Shown: positions 13,520-26,362 of the stretch, piece by piece
Layout of the letters: every line of letters begins with the position of its first letter
Position numbering within the stretch: the first letter of the stretch is position 1
From: Mobula hypostoma
Taxonomy: Eukaryota
NCBI RefSeq assembly: GCF_963921235.1
Contig: NC_086097.1
Span: 56,112,001 to 56,176,000, forward strand
Reading direction: 5' to 3'
DNA length: 64,000 nucleotides
The notes under the pieces: model-generated
Database searches by the model: none
Told to the model about the DNA's origin: nothing
What the model saw: the letters and a program-made list of their open reading frames with translations, nothing else
Position numbers and translations under genes: made by a program

Positions 13520-14403
13520 TTTGCTCTCTGGGAGACACAGCCCGTGCAGATTGGAAATAACACCTCTTCCTTGCTGACAACCAAGGATGTATGTTTAGTC
13601 TACTGCTCTACTCTCTCTAAACTCATGACTGTGTGGCTAGGTGCAACTCAAAAGTCTCCTACGTATTTGCTGATGACCCAACTGTTGTCAGCAATATCTC
13701 AGATGGTGATGACGAGGCATACTGAAATGAAATAGATCGACTAGTTGAGTGGAGTCGCAACAGCAAGTTTTCAATCAACATCAGGTGGACCATGGAACTG
13801 GTAGTGGACTTCAGGAAGGGGAAATTGGCAGAGCACACAGCAATTCTCATTGAGGGGTCAGTCAGCAGCGGAAGAGGAGAGCAGCTTCAAGTTCCTGGAT
13901 ATCAGCATCCCAGAAGTTCTATCCTGGGCCCAGCATATCAATGCAATTATGAAGAAGGCATGCTAATGACTATATTTCATTAGGAGCTTGAGGAGATTTG
14001 GCATGCCACCAAAAACTCTAGTAAATTTCTACAGATATACTGTGGAGAGCATTCTGATTGGTTGCATCACCGTCTGGTATGAAGACGCCACTGCACAGGA
14101 TTGGAAAATGCTGGAGAGGGTTGTAAACTCAGCAGGCTCCATTATGCATCTTGCATCCCCACCATCGAGGACTTCTTCAAAAGCCAGTGCTTTTCTTCAA
14201 AAGAAGGTGACATCTATCATTGAGGAACTTCAATATCCAGGGCTTGCCCTCTTCTCATTACTACCACAAGGGAGGTGGTACAGGAACCTGAAAGCACATT
14301 CAACATTTTAGAAATAGCTTATTCCCCTCTGCCTGTGTGGTCAATGAACCTATGAACATTACAGACCTTCAATATCCAGGGCATGCCCTCTTCTCATTAC
14401 TAA

Positions 14404-14630
14404 TGTAATTAATGGGTGACAGATGACACTTATTGTTCATAATAGAAACTGTTCCACATAATTCACAAACACCATAATTGAGTTGTTCTGTTCACTTGAA
14501 GAGAGTATCTGGCACAATGATGTCAGTGTAAGTCAACAGCTTTTGGTTTGTTGGTAATGGAAGTAAAGGGCTATGGCTTCTGTTAAGCACATAAAACAAC
14601 ACTTGCACGTTTTAGTCACAAAGTTCTACA
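14404..14630. mobile_element. Copy 2 of the unnamed repeat, putative solo LTR (TG...CA)
   Basis: Interrupts Rex1 cleanly at ttctcatta|ctaccatcaggg; termini TGTA..TACA; flanks ctaa/ctac. Confidence 0.65.
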
Positions 14631-17600
14631 CTACCATCAGGGAGGAGGTACAGGAGCCTGAAGACACACTCAACGTTTTAGAAACAGCTTCTTCCCCTCT
14701 CCCATCAGGTTTCTGAACAGATAATGAACCCATGGACCCATGAACAGTATCTTTCTCTCATTTTGCACAATACATGCATGTATTGTAATTTATAATGATT
14801 TTTATGTATTGTCTTGTACTGCTGCTGAGAAACAACAACTTTTAGAACATATGTCAGTGATAATAAACCTAATTCTGATTCAGATTCTTCTAAGTTGTTT
14901 ACTCCTTTGAAGTCTATTCATTAGAAGGAATGTAAGAGAACTGGAAAAGCAAATAAAAGATGCATTATCTGTGGCTTATCAGATGGTAAAGCAGCCTGGT
15001 AAAGGTATATGCACAGTACCACCCTTTCACAGTTTGGTTTCTGCAATATTGAGACAATTTCAAATGAGAAAGGTTACATTATTGCAAAAGACCCTTATTC
15101 GTCCCCTATTATCACTGAAATGCTGTCTTTATTTCACCAATACCGATAAGCACACCAAATCCAATGAGTAAAGAATTCACAAGCAGCCAAACCCATGTCA
15201 ATAAAACCCAGCAACCTTTCCCCTCAATTTGCTTTCACAATTACTTTTCCTTGAAGTTTATCTGCACACTGAATACAAAACCATCTTGATTTCCTATTAA
15301 AATCCCTCCCACATGTTCACACTTGTAGGTGAATACCAAACAAAATCCAAACATTAAATGTCATTGCCTTTAAATGTCATGCTACAATAGCATTTACTTG
15401 GAATCCAATGACTAGGTGAATTATCTTGTTTCATAGACTAAATAACTGCTGCTATTAATAAAACAGTAGGATTGTTTTGACAAAAAAATTGACAACATTT
15501 TCAAGTTTATCCAGTGATCAACCACTGTTACAGGAAAACAAGAATTCCTTTATAATATCATGACATTAATACTTTGCTTAAATGAGCCAAAATGCAATGG
15601 CCACCTCCAACAAAATGTAAGGAGTCTGAGAAATCAATAAGAATCAGCAACAGATATACACCTTGTTTACCCAAGCACATTATAATTCCACATTTGTAAT
15701 TCTACACACAAGTTACCACAATACCAGTTTCTTTACACAAAAACAGATTTCATTTTATGTACTTTACTGGCAAGACTATCTGAGTAATATCCACCACCAA
15801 ACTAAAAGCAAACTAGCATAATTATGAAATGACACACAATCAATAGAGGGATCCAGCCTTGTGACTACAAAATAGCTTGAAATTGCTGTTTCCGCTTGTA
15901 AGCAGAATGTCAACATTCAAAGATAAATAAGACAATTCCTTGCTATTTTTCATGAAGGACATACTGTACTGAAGATGGTGTAAAGTGAAAAGTAAGCACG
16001 CGTTATATTATGTTTACATTTAGAACACACAGATAGGATTGTTTTTTTAAATCAAAATCAAAAGCACAATAATTTCTTCCCAGTATTCAGTGAGATGAAT
16101 AGCTGTGTTATCTACAATTACAGATGCCTTGTCTGAAAGCCCTGAGGAACTATAGTAATTATCTCATTATTTATAGAAATTACATTGGATATTGATATTT
16201 GAGGTCCAGATTTTGATTCTTTTCATAATGATTTTACTGACAAATGTTGCCAAGAGGAGTTTGGATATCTTTGCTAATTCAGAAGGGGGACTAAAGTTTT
16301 TCTTTACACCTCCAAAGGACATACATTCATAAATGCAAACCCCATTAGTTTGCTGAGAACACAGATGGAGCTAGGAAATATAGACATAAGCGTACCAATA
16401 CCTTCTTCTAATGGTTTGCCTGTGTCACCAAACCAACAGATTTCATTGCATCTAGTGTACTGACTCAGATGAACCGCCAGAGTTAGGTCCTGCATACTCT
16501 ACTATTTGCACATTTACCAGAAAATTGTTTTTCTTTTATTCTAATTCAAGATATATTGTAATTAGGAAACATCACGTTTATGAAGAATTGCCAGGAAGCC
16601 GCTATACGCTAGAAAGTTGCACAAGAGTAAGAGAAGAGGGCAACAAGTTCAGAATTCTGAACTGCGGACATGCCACAGGTCCAATACGCTGCTGATCAGT
16701 CTGACTTTCACACATACTTTTGTAACCTCCAGGTTTAGCAGCACATCTTACAAATTAGTGTATTCTTTTGTTTTAGTTTACATTAAAATGACAATTACCA
16801 CATAAAAGTAATGGTTATGGACTGAAGCAATCCCAACTCAAAAAGTTGTACTGGGCACCATCTAATGAAGCAGTCAATAGCCAACCAAAGAAGCCTTCAA
16901 CCTTCAATCAATTGTAAAGGTGGTTTTTAAGAGTAAACAACCAATCCATATGGCATTCCTTTGAACAGAGAGTCTTGACTTGCAGAAATAAAAGGCAAAT
17001 TATTATTTTAAAATATATTCCTTTAACGTTTTAAATAATTTTCATTTTAATTAATAATTTTTACCTTTTTAAAATGTTATGATTTGTTTCAAACTTCAAT
17101 AAATTTTAAGTACCTCTAATGTCAGGGAACTTAAAAACTCATTTAGCAAAAATCTACACACCCTTAAGCTCTGTCCCTGGGTTTGCCTTCTTTCAAAGCT
17201 TGTCAGTAATGATCCAAAGGTTCTGCCTCTTGTGGTCATCTCCCGATGTCCATCTCTGACATCATTTCAGGCATCAAAGGTGAAGGAACAAATCCAGTGA
17301 GAACATCGAAATGGAGTTAAGATAACGATGCTCCTGGAACAATTTCTAAGTGGTCACTACAACATCATGGCTCAGAGTTTGCAAGTATATTAATATAGTT
17401 CCTGTCATTGTTACTTTGGAATAAACTGGGAAGCAACCGCCAAAGTTTATTGCTGTCCAATTTATTCTGCTCCTGCAACAGAACATTGCTCAAAGAATTA
17501 ATACTATAACTAAGAATCTTCTATTTATCTATCAAATATGAGTCTAAAATAGAATTAAAGCAGGAAAAGGTAAATGGGTTTTTAATAGAGTGATAATTGA

Positions 17601-20600
17601 CAACTATTGCAAAACTACATTGGCTGGTCTGAAAGCTTAAATAGTCAATCATTTATAATTAGTGATTTAATAATAATTTATAATAGCAGACAAATATAAT
17701 GGAAAATGTAAAACCACTGAACATTATTCATCTTTGCTTTTTGTATCACTTTTCCATTTCTTATTCCCATCAATCTCTCCCAATCTTCATTCTACTGAAG
17801 ATCTAGTTTAACATCCTGTCCAAGCAAGGATTCTTCAATTTGGTTGAGGAGTCTAGGGATCTGTTCAAATATTCATATGCACCAAAGATCTTTTGTAGTG
17901 AGAGTTCAGCTGCATCAGATATAGGGTGACAGCAAGGCCCTCCAAAATATCCCTGGATGGCTTTCAGCGACATGTTTTATCAGCAGAGCAGAGTGATGCT
18001 TTCATTCCTTTAAAGTACTCATGCCTAAACATGTTAAAGTGGTAATTCAGTGTACGTAACAGACAAATCAATTAAAACCTGAATCCAAAATTCCATACTC
18101 TTTATTATTTGCAATTGGATGTGGAGAAAAATGCATTGTCCACTTGAAACTCCAAAACCTTTTAAATGATGCAGCACTTTGGTATAGATTCCCATCACAA
18201 GAAATGACTGATTCTACAAAATAATGGACTGTGTCATATAAGAACTCAAATACATCTCAAATATAAATGTAAAGAAGCGTGTTAACAATACTCTCTGAAT
18301 TGAATGTCTCTGTGTAAGTACAATAAGATAAATAAATATTGCTGAAGAAATTTGCCACTATTCTTTGCAAGTGATCTGTAATCATTTTATTACCCATCTT
18401 CAGTGATGATACAAACACACGATGAAATTACAGGACTGTCTGCCCTATTTGGCATCATTTCAGTTCAGACATTGCGTTTCAATTTGGCTAGTCTGCACAG
18501 TATTCTGTGGCAGACTAGGGGAAATATTTTCCATTAACTGGTATTATCCTTCAGCCTTGAAGTTAGTGTAACATAATCTTACTGACATATCACGCACACA
18601 CTTGCACTCTTCTGGAATTAAATTGAAGATAACAGAAAAAAGTCAGTTCTAGGGCTGGCCAGAATCCATTCCTAATAATAAGAGATCTTGGTGAACTCGT
18701 CTGATTGAGAGCTTTCAACAGAAATGATGAGTACTTTCAGAGATGAAAGAAATCTAATGAAAAGTTGTGTCCAAGCGTATTTTCTCATTGCCATTATATT
18801 AAGTACATTCATGTTATTTATTTCAGTATGAATTGTTTCCATTTTAAGTCTCCAGCTCTTCAATTGATTGTAAAGCACCCATATGAATCAGTTGCCATTC
18901 TGCGTGGGCAGTGAATAAATTCAATTCTGCACATATTATTCCATATATTTAATAAAATTAGCAAACTTTGTTGTTAAATGCAATGAATTTCCCTCAGACA
19001 GAACTGATGAGTGTAAACACATGACAGATTTCACAGGAATAATGTATTTTCTGATTTTTAGGGAAATTAAACAAAATTGAGTCAGAATTTGGAAGAGGCA
19101 GGATGAAATGATGCTCCGCTTCGCTTCTTAATATAGGATGAAAAACAAAATGACTGATTCATTACTCCCCCACAAGGCAGGCTGAAGCACCATTTGATGA
19201 ACCACTCAACATAGAAATGGTGAATTAGGAAGAACTTCAACTTCTTTTGTAAATCAAACATCAAAAATGTTATGCTTTGTTGAATCAGCATACAAATTAG
19301 CTATAATTAGACCTCCATGGCCTTGAAAAGCTAACATTGGAGATTTATTCCCTCAGAATTATAGTATCAATCTTTGAATTCATTGTGGTTTTAAAAGTTT
19401 GTTTGGCTTTCTTAAACTTTTCCTATAACCCATCTATTTCATTCTCTAAAATATTGGAAAGCTAGCTAAAAATCGACAGGACTTCTTTACTTCTGCTCAA
19501 TTGAATGCTTAGTGAATTTAATAACACAATTATGTCAGATGCTTTACAGTCCATCCTGTAGGCATCAAAACAAAGGAAAAGCACCTGCCAAAACCCAAAA
19601 AATGCCGTGACTTACTGTTGACTGCAAACTCTAGCCTAATGTTCTTAAAGCTTACAACATGTTACAAACTTCCTGTTTAGCAATTCATGTACATTATTTA
19701 TTCTCACAAGATGTTAAGTATTTAACCACAGCAGGCATTTGTTTGATTTCATTGACCAAAGTACTCTCCAATCAATGCTTCTATATATTCAGCACCTTAC
19801 TTAGCTTTCCTTAAATCAACAGATTATCCTTTATTACAAAATGTCAGCTGCATTGAGAAACATAATTAACTGAACTTCAATAATTTTGTCATCATAAATT
19901 GCATTTTGGTTATTAGATTTGGAGTTAAGATATGATTACAAAATACATACAAATCAGCATCTGTAGCAAAACAAAATTTGTGGCATGTAGCTGATTCATA
20001 TCCAACAAAGTTAAAATCTGCCCTGATATTTTTATTTAGTATTTCACTAAGAACGTCTGTAAATTTCCATTTTTTATATGTGCAGCAATAGCACATCATT
20101 GCATCTTCCCTTTACACTGCTCTCTGTTTTGCTGACTTCTTCTGTTTTCCTCTCTGTTGCCACCTCTGTTATGAGTTCTCCACATCACCATTACTGGAGG
20201 TATCTTTTGAAGTGAGGGCAGACACGCTTCCATGCTTGAGGTTTATTCCGCAAATCCAAATCATTCTCTTTGATCTATGCATTGGACAGTAGAACTGATA
20301 TGGTGCCAAGTGTGGTATCGTCTGTCTCTGAATATTACTACATATGCCCGTAATGAGATCCTAATAACTTCACCGCCTCAAAAGTCAAGCTCTGCACATT
20401 GACCTCCCAGACTACAGATTTCAGCTAGTTCAAGACAACGCAGTTCACATCTCCTACACAAAAGGGCAAACATTTGAAACCATATGAGTGTTTTTGACAT
20501 ACCCTGCCAGAAGTTGATTTTCCATTGTCTTCTTCACAACCATTGAAATTTTATTGCCAAATACTTTACCTCGATATCTTCTTTGCCATGAAAAAAAATC

Positions 20601-20964
20601 TTGTTTTCCTTCAATTACCAGTTGTTTTCCTTTGATTACTGGTGCTATGTTTTCAACTGCTTTCCAAAAACATTTTTTTTTACATGGAGTAAAACTTCCT
20701 TTACGATTTGTTACTGGTACACAACATGATTGAAAAGTTGCTGCTTATCGGAGCGTGGATTTGCAGTCGTCCCATTTTATCGGTCTCAAATTCTTTCCTT
20801 CTCCTTTCCCACTATGAATCTAGCTAACCAATAAGTATTAACCATTTATAGTTAACTCATCAGAAGCTGCTGTCCTGAGTGCCCAGCTTAGTGACAGGCT
20901 ATTTAGATACTTAGGATTATGACTGCTAGTCTTGACATTTTCATTCCATATCCACCAGTTATGT

Positions 20965-21345
20965 AATGAAAACCAGAAAATGATAGAAATAGTTAGCAGG
21001 ACAGGCAGCTCGTGAAAAGAGAAATGGAGTTAATGTTGAAGTCAATGACTTTGCATAGGAACTAGAAAAGTTTGAGTCGTGGAAAAGGGGGTGAAATGGA
21101 GCCAAAAAAAAGGATGATACGAAAGGTGATCATGACAGTTGAGAGTGGGTAGTAAAGTCTTGTTAACAGAAGCTGACACAAATTAGAAAGAGTGAAGTCA
21201 ACGCTGAAGTTCATAAGTAATACTGAGCTCTGGCAAGTGTGTAACTTGCCTAGACAGATGATGAGATACTGTTCCTTGATCTTGTGATTGATAGTCTTTG
21301 AATAGTGCCACAGGAGAGACATCAGACTGGGAATGGGATTAAAAA
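20965..21345 (-). mobile_element. Old Penelope-like 3' fragment
   Basis: ORF 21062-21322 (HKIKEQYLIICLGKL) resembles the Penelope C-terminal RKLEEQHLIFRLG motif; terminal motif near 20970-21010. Confidence 0.6.
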
Positions 21346-22051
21346 CTGTAGAATTGGTAAACTTTATAATTTTGAGCTTCTGAGTGAACTTTTCAAATAA
21401 TTTATCAGTTGATATACAATGCTTGCTTTAACAAAATTCAAAGAAAAACAATGTAGCGGTGTTTTTCATATCAGTATTTCACAATCTTCATCAGATCCCA
21501 TCTACTGTCAGTGTAGTGCTAGTCTTTACTTTTTCACAATTGCCACTGTGTCTGAGAACAGTGATGAATCTATGATAATCTATTTCAGCCTATCAAACTA
21601 TCTGTTTGCACAGAAAGATATTGTAGAATGGGGAAAACAAATGCATTTTTTGCAACCTTTGTTTAAAATGAACTGTTGACAATACTGTAATATTTGTAAT
21701 GTCTATTCAATACTGCGAATAGCGAATTTCATCAACAAATGTGTTTACAGTAATGCTAATCCTAACCACCTGTTCAAATACAGCAGCAAAAATTTCATCA
21801 TATTTATGAAGCATCAGTGATTTCATTCCAGAAGCTTTGTCTTCCATATGAACAGCTGTTTTGCTGAGTACTTTGCATATAAAGTCTAAGCCAGTTTCTA
21901 ATTGGACTTTATATTCAATATTGGTTACAACTAAATTGATACTTTGAAAGTAAAGAAATACTGCTAGTTATTTATAACTAATCAGGTTACAAAAGTATCT
22001 CAAAACATTTTGTACAATAAATTGCTTTGGGAATCATCACTGTTCTTCAGC

Positions 22052-22968
22052 CAACACATACAAAATGCTGAAGGAACTCAGCAGGCCAGGCAGCATCTAT
22101 GAGAAAGAGTCAACCTTTTGGGCTGACACTCTTCGGCAGGACTGGAGAAAAAAAACTGAGGAGTAGATTTAAAAGGTGGGAGGGGGCGGGAGAGAGCCGC
22201 CGGGGGAGGGATGAAGTAAAGAGCTGGGAAGCTGATTGGTGAAAGAGATAGAAGGCCATGGAAGAAAGAAAAGGGGGGAGGAGCACCAGAGGGAGGAAAT
22301 TAGTGGGGAGGGACGAATGGCCAAGGGAATCATGGAGGGAGGAATCCCTGCAGAAAGAGGAGACTGGGGGGCTGGAGTGAGGTAGAGATGACCTTGGTGG
22401 TAGGGTCCCACTGAAGGAGTCAGAAGTTGCAGAGAATGATATGCTAGATGCAGAGACTCATGGTAATAGGTGAGGACAAGAGGAAAACTATCCCTGTTAA
22501 GGTGGTGGGAAGATGGGGTGAAGGTGGATGTTCAGGAAATGGAGCAGATGTGGGTGAGGACAGCATCAATGGTGGAAGAAAGAAAACCCCATTCTTTGAA
22601 GAAGGAGGACACCTCTGAAGTCCTGGAAAGGAAGGCCTTATCATGGGAACAGATGTGGTGGAGACAAAGGAACTGAGAAAAAGGAATGGCATTTTTATAG
22701 GAGACGGGTAGAAAGAAGTATAGTCAAGATAGTCATGGAAGTCGGCAGGTTTATGAAAGATATATTAATAGGCAGTTTAGGTCTAGAGATACTGAGCTTG
22801 TCAATTTCATCAACTTTGCCTCCAACTTCCACCCTTCCCTTAAATTTATTTAGTCCATATCTGACAACTCTCTCACTCTCCCCTTTCTCAATCTCTCGGT
22901 CTTTACCTCTGGAGACAAACTGTCCACCATTACCTTTTAAAAACCTATCGTCTCCCACTCACCAATGG
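22052..22968. mobile_element. Penelope-like element with inverted arrangement (22052-22790 minus, 22795-22968 plus)
   Basis: Terminal caaaatgctgaaggaactcagcagg motif; minus-strand coding relics; plus-strand ELVNFINFASNFHPSLKF RT C-terminus. Confidence 0.8.
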
Positions 22969-23815
22969 GTTTAAATACGTGCAGGTGATGTTAGAAGCAG
23001 CTAGGTGCCACAATTTCCTGTCCAGGACATCCTACACTTTGAACTCCAGCTGTCTCTGTATTCTATGAGCCAGGCCAAGATCATCTTCCTCATCTCTCTC
23101 TTGACTGAGCAAGCTCTGACCTGGGCACCACTAACGGGACAATAAAACCACCATTTGCAATTTAAATGGGGATTTCAATGCTGAGATGTGCTAGGCTTTC
23201 AACAATCTGGGAAGTGGAAGGGAGGTAGGGGATTGGATACTTCACCTGCATCAAAGCTCATGCTCTGTGTTGGATGACAGCATGGGGTTCAGGACCCTCT
23301 TGACAGAGGGAAGCTTGAATGTGGAAACACTGCTGACCCACTACTATCACAGCCTCCCACATCCCTTGAAAGATCAGCTGTCTGCACAGGAGATGCTCAA
23401 CAATCTCAAAAGTCTCATCACTCTGGCCTTCCATAATGACATGGAACGACTTTCAAGATCATCAGCCAGTTCCATTTCCAGAACTATTGCAGGCTGCAGG
23501 ATCCTCATCATCAATGCCTCCAGAGCCCACAGAGGTAGGGAGAGCTCACTTGACCTCCTAATACTGCGAGCATCGGTGGAGAAACAACTTGTGCCCTTAC
23601 TACGGAGTAGCCATTCACCAACACATCAAGTGCCCACAGTGTCCAGGAGATGGTGCCACTAGGCAGAAACAAGGGGCCTTCTATCTGGTAAGCTCTCCCT
23701 GAACCCTTGTGCCAGCACCATAGCCCAATTCACTCTCTCTGTCCTCCTTAAACATCCCGATGGCTCTAAACATACAGGAGGCTGTGGTGGGTTCTGGTGC
23801 TGCAACAACTTCTGG

Positions 23816-24568
23816 TAATTCTGGTAAGATGGCAGTGCATTTGATTGCAGTGGCCTCTCGAGGCCCAACCAAAGATGTTTTTGAATTTTTAAATGTCTTT
23901 TTTATAGTCACAAGACAATGCTGGACATTGAGAACTCCAAGTACTACAGGTCTGCCCCATCAGTGAGCTGCTCATTGGAGAGGAGGTGGAGAGCTGGTCT
24001 TGGTGCAGACTGTGTTACTGCCTGCTACAGAGAGGCATTGGAGTTCGTGTGCTAAAGCGGTGGGCAGTTTAACAGTGAGTGATCATCTTGGACGTTTCTC
24101 TTGAATTTGTTTATCTGCAAGACAGGTGGCAGGGGAACTGCATGGCCTTGGTTGCCGCGGGCTTACCTGTGGCAGCAGTCCAGTGGAGGAGACGCCAGAG
24201 GTGGTGTAGCGTGGCATCCATGCTGGGTGGGGGGGGGCTGGCCTCTCCCATTGTTGCTACCATCCAGTGACAAGCTGGATTGCATGCATGTATACATTCA
24301 TTTGCAGACTGTTTAGAACTGCTTGATCTTGCTGACAACACCTAAGCACCATCAATTTACAGTATATGTCACTCAGGGACTTGGGCTATATACCTGCATT
24401 TTTTTTTGTGAACCTGTTATGTTTACTTGCTATCTTATATGCACTATATGTGCCTTGTGCTGTGCATAATTGTTGTTATTGTGTTTTGCACCTTGACCCC
24501 AGAGGAGCCCTATTTTGTTTGGCTATATTCATAACTATTCATGTAAGGTTGAATGATAATTAAACTCT
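23816..24568 (+). mobile_element. Non-coding, non-autonomous LINE-like element inserted in the Gypsy protease motif
   Basis: Starts near aagatggcag, ends tgaatgataattaaactctaact; imperfect TSD aacttctgg / aactttctgg. Confidence 0.65.
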
Positions 24569-25210
24569 AACTTTCTGGATCGGACTCTGTGTGTGCAGTT
24601 TGGACTCCCTACTGAGCCTATCTCTCACCTCCTTCTACATCACGGCCATTGATGGACATCCTGTGAGGTCTGGGATGGTCAAAGAGCAAACATGGCCTGT
24701 TCACATGTGCAGCGGAGTGCACCGCAAGTCCATCTAATTCCCCTTGATCAACTCACCCAACACTACTCTCATCTGGGTTACCCTGGCTCTCCACTCACAA
24801 CCCTCACTTTGCCCGGGCCCTCTAATGCACTGCTGGGTTGGGGACCCACCTGCCTGCAACCTCGGCATAGGAAACTCTCAACCTCATCTAACTCCTGCAG
24901 GAATACCACAACTTAGCCATTGCCTTCAGTAAAAGGGAAACCAGTGCCCTGCCACTTCACAGACCACATGACTGCGCGATCAACCTCCTCCCAGGCACCA
25001 CTCCTCCCCAGGCTCTCTGTTCTCCCCCTCAACTCATGAGACCCAAGCCATGAATGACTACATTGCTGAAGTGCTTCAGTATGGCTTCATTCGATTATCT
25101 CAGTCCCTAGCTGGTGTAGGATTCTTTTTTGTCAAAAAGAAAGATGCATCAACTACCATGGACTCAACAAAATCACTATTAAGAACTGTTACCCTCTCCC
25201 CTTGATGGAT

Positions 25211-25690
25211 TTGTTGTTGTTTAGTCATTAAGTTGAGTCCGATTATTAATGACCTCATGGACTCCTGCACACCAACCCTTCTTGTTGGAAACTGCCCCTC
25301 TAAGATTCCCCAAGGTCATACGCATGGTCTGAGTAATATTGTCTATCTATTGTAGCCTCTGTCGTCCTTTCCTTCTTTTACCTTCTGTTTCACCTAACAT
25401 GAGAGTCTTCTCCAAGGAAACCTGACTTCTCATGATGTGGCCAAAATATTTGAGCTTTTGTCTCATAATCAATCCTCCTAGTGAGCAGTCTGGCTGTTTT
25501 TCTTCAAGTATTGACTTGTTGGATCTTCTTGCTGTCTAACAAACACTTTTCTCCAGCATCCAAGTTCAAAGGCATTGATTCTTTTGTATTCAGCCTTACG
25601 AATAGTCCAGCTCTCTCAGTCATACAACACAACTGGAAATACCATACACTCGACTTCTGTATACGGAATTTTGTATATGGATCTTCATAT
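25211..25690 (-). mobile_element. RTE/BovB-like LINE 3' fragment
   Basis: Minus-strand translation ESWTIRKAEYKRINAFELGCWR..LKYFGHIMR..SLEKTLMLG.TEGKRRKGRQR; (CAA)n tail; TSD atggat at 25205-25210 and 25691-25696. Confidence 0.9.
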
Positions 25691-25969
25691 ATGGATAGTA
25701 CGTTCCAAATACTCCATGGGGCCAAGATCTTCACCAAACTGGATCTATGGAGTTCGTATGACCTGATCCACATTCTCCAGGGGATGAGTGTCAGACAGCG
25801 TTCAAAACACCCACTGGTTACCATAAATACTTGGTGATGCCTTTCAGACTTTCCAACAGTCCAGTCATTTTCCAAGTTTTCATTAATGGGATATGCTACA
25901 CAGGTATGAGTTCATCTATCTCAACGTCATTGCATCTTCTCAAAGAACCCCCTGGACCATGTCGGCCAC

Positions 25970-26362
25970 AGCTGGCGATCTTATAGAAGCATATAAAATT
26001 ATGGCAGGGGTAGATAAGATAGAGGTAGAAAAGTTGTTTCCACTGGTAAGTGAGAATAGAACTAGAAGACATAGCCTTAGGATTCAGGGGAGTAAATTTA
26101 GGACAGAGATGAGGAGGAACTGCTTTTCCCAGAGAGTGGTGAATCTGTGGAATTCTCAGCCCATTGAAGCAGTGGAGGCTACCTCAGTAAGTATACTTAA
26201 GACAAGGTTGGATAGAATTTTACAAAGTAGGGGAATTAAGGGTTATGGGGAAAAGGCAGGTAGGTGGAGATGAGTCCATGGTCAGATCAGCCATGATCTT
26301 ATTGAATGGTGGAGCAGACTCAATGGGCCAGATGGCCTACTCCTTTTTATGTTCTTATGTTC
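25970..26362 (+). mobile_element. CR1 3' fragment inside Gypsy RT
   Basis: [29 protein letters not shown]; ttatgttcttatgttc tail. Confidence 0.9.

Larger units (their letters stand above)
13015..14888 (+). mobile_element. Degenerate Rex1/Babar LINE with a SINE insertion, a putative solo-LTR insertion and an internal duplication
   Basis: RT remnants; ORF 13988-14311 (RRFGMPPKTLVNFYRYTVESILIGCITVWY); aattctgattcagattc tail. Confidence 0.85.

Noticed and set aside
16545..16696. Protein-like frame RKHHVYEELPGSRYTLESCTR as an exon
   Set aside because: No recognisable family, weak splice signals and no partner exons
20170..20360. Minus-strand open frame as a terminal exon
   Set aside because: No polypyrimidine tract and no recognisable peptide
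23267..23662. Domesticated gag gene
   Set aside because: The ORF leaves the Gag frame midway, the knuckle is degenerate and the surrounding pol is decayed
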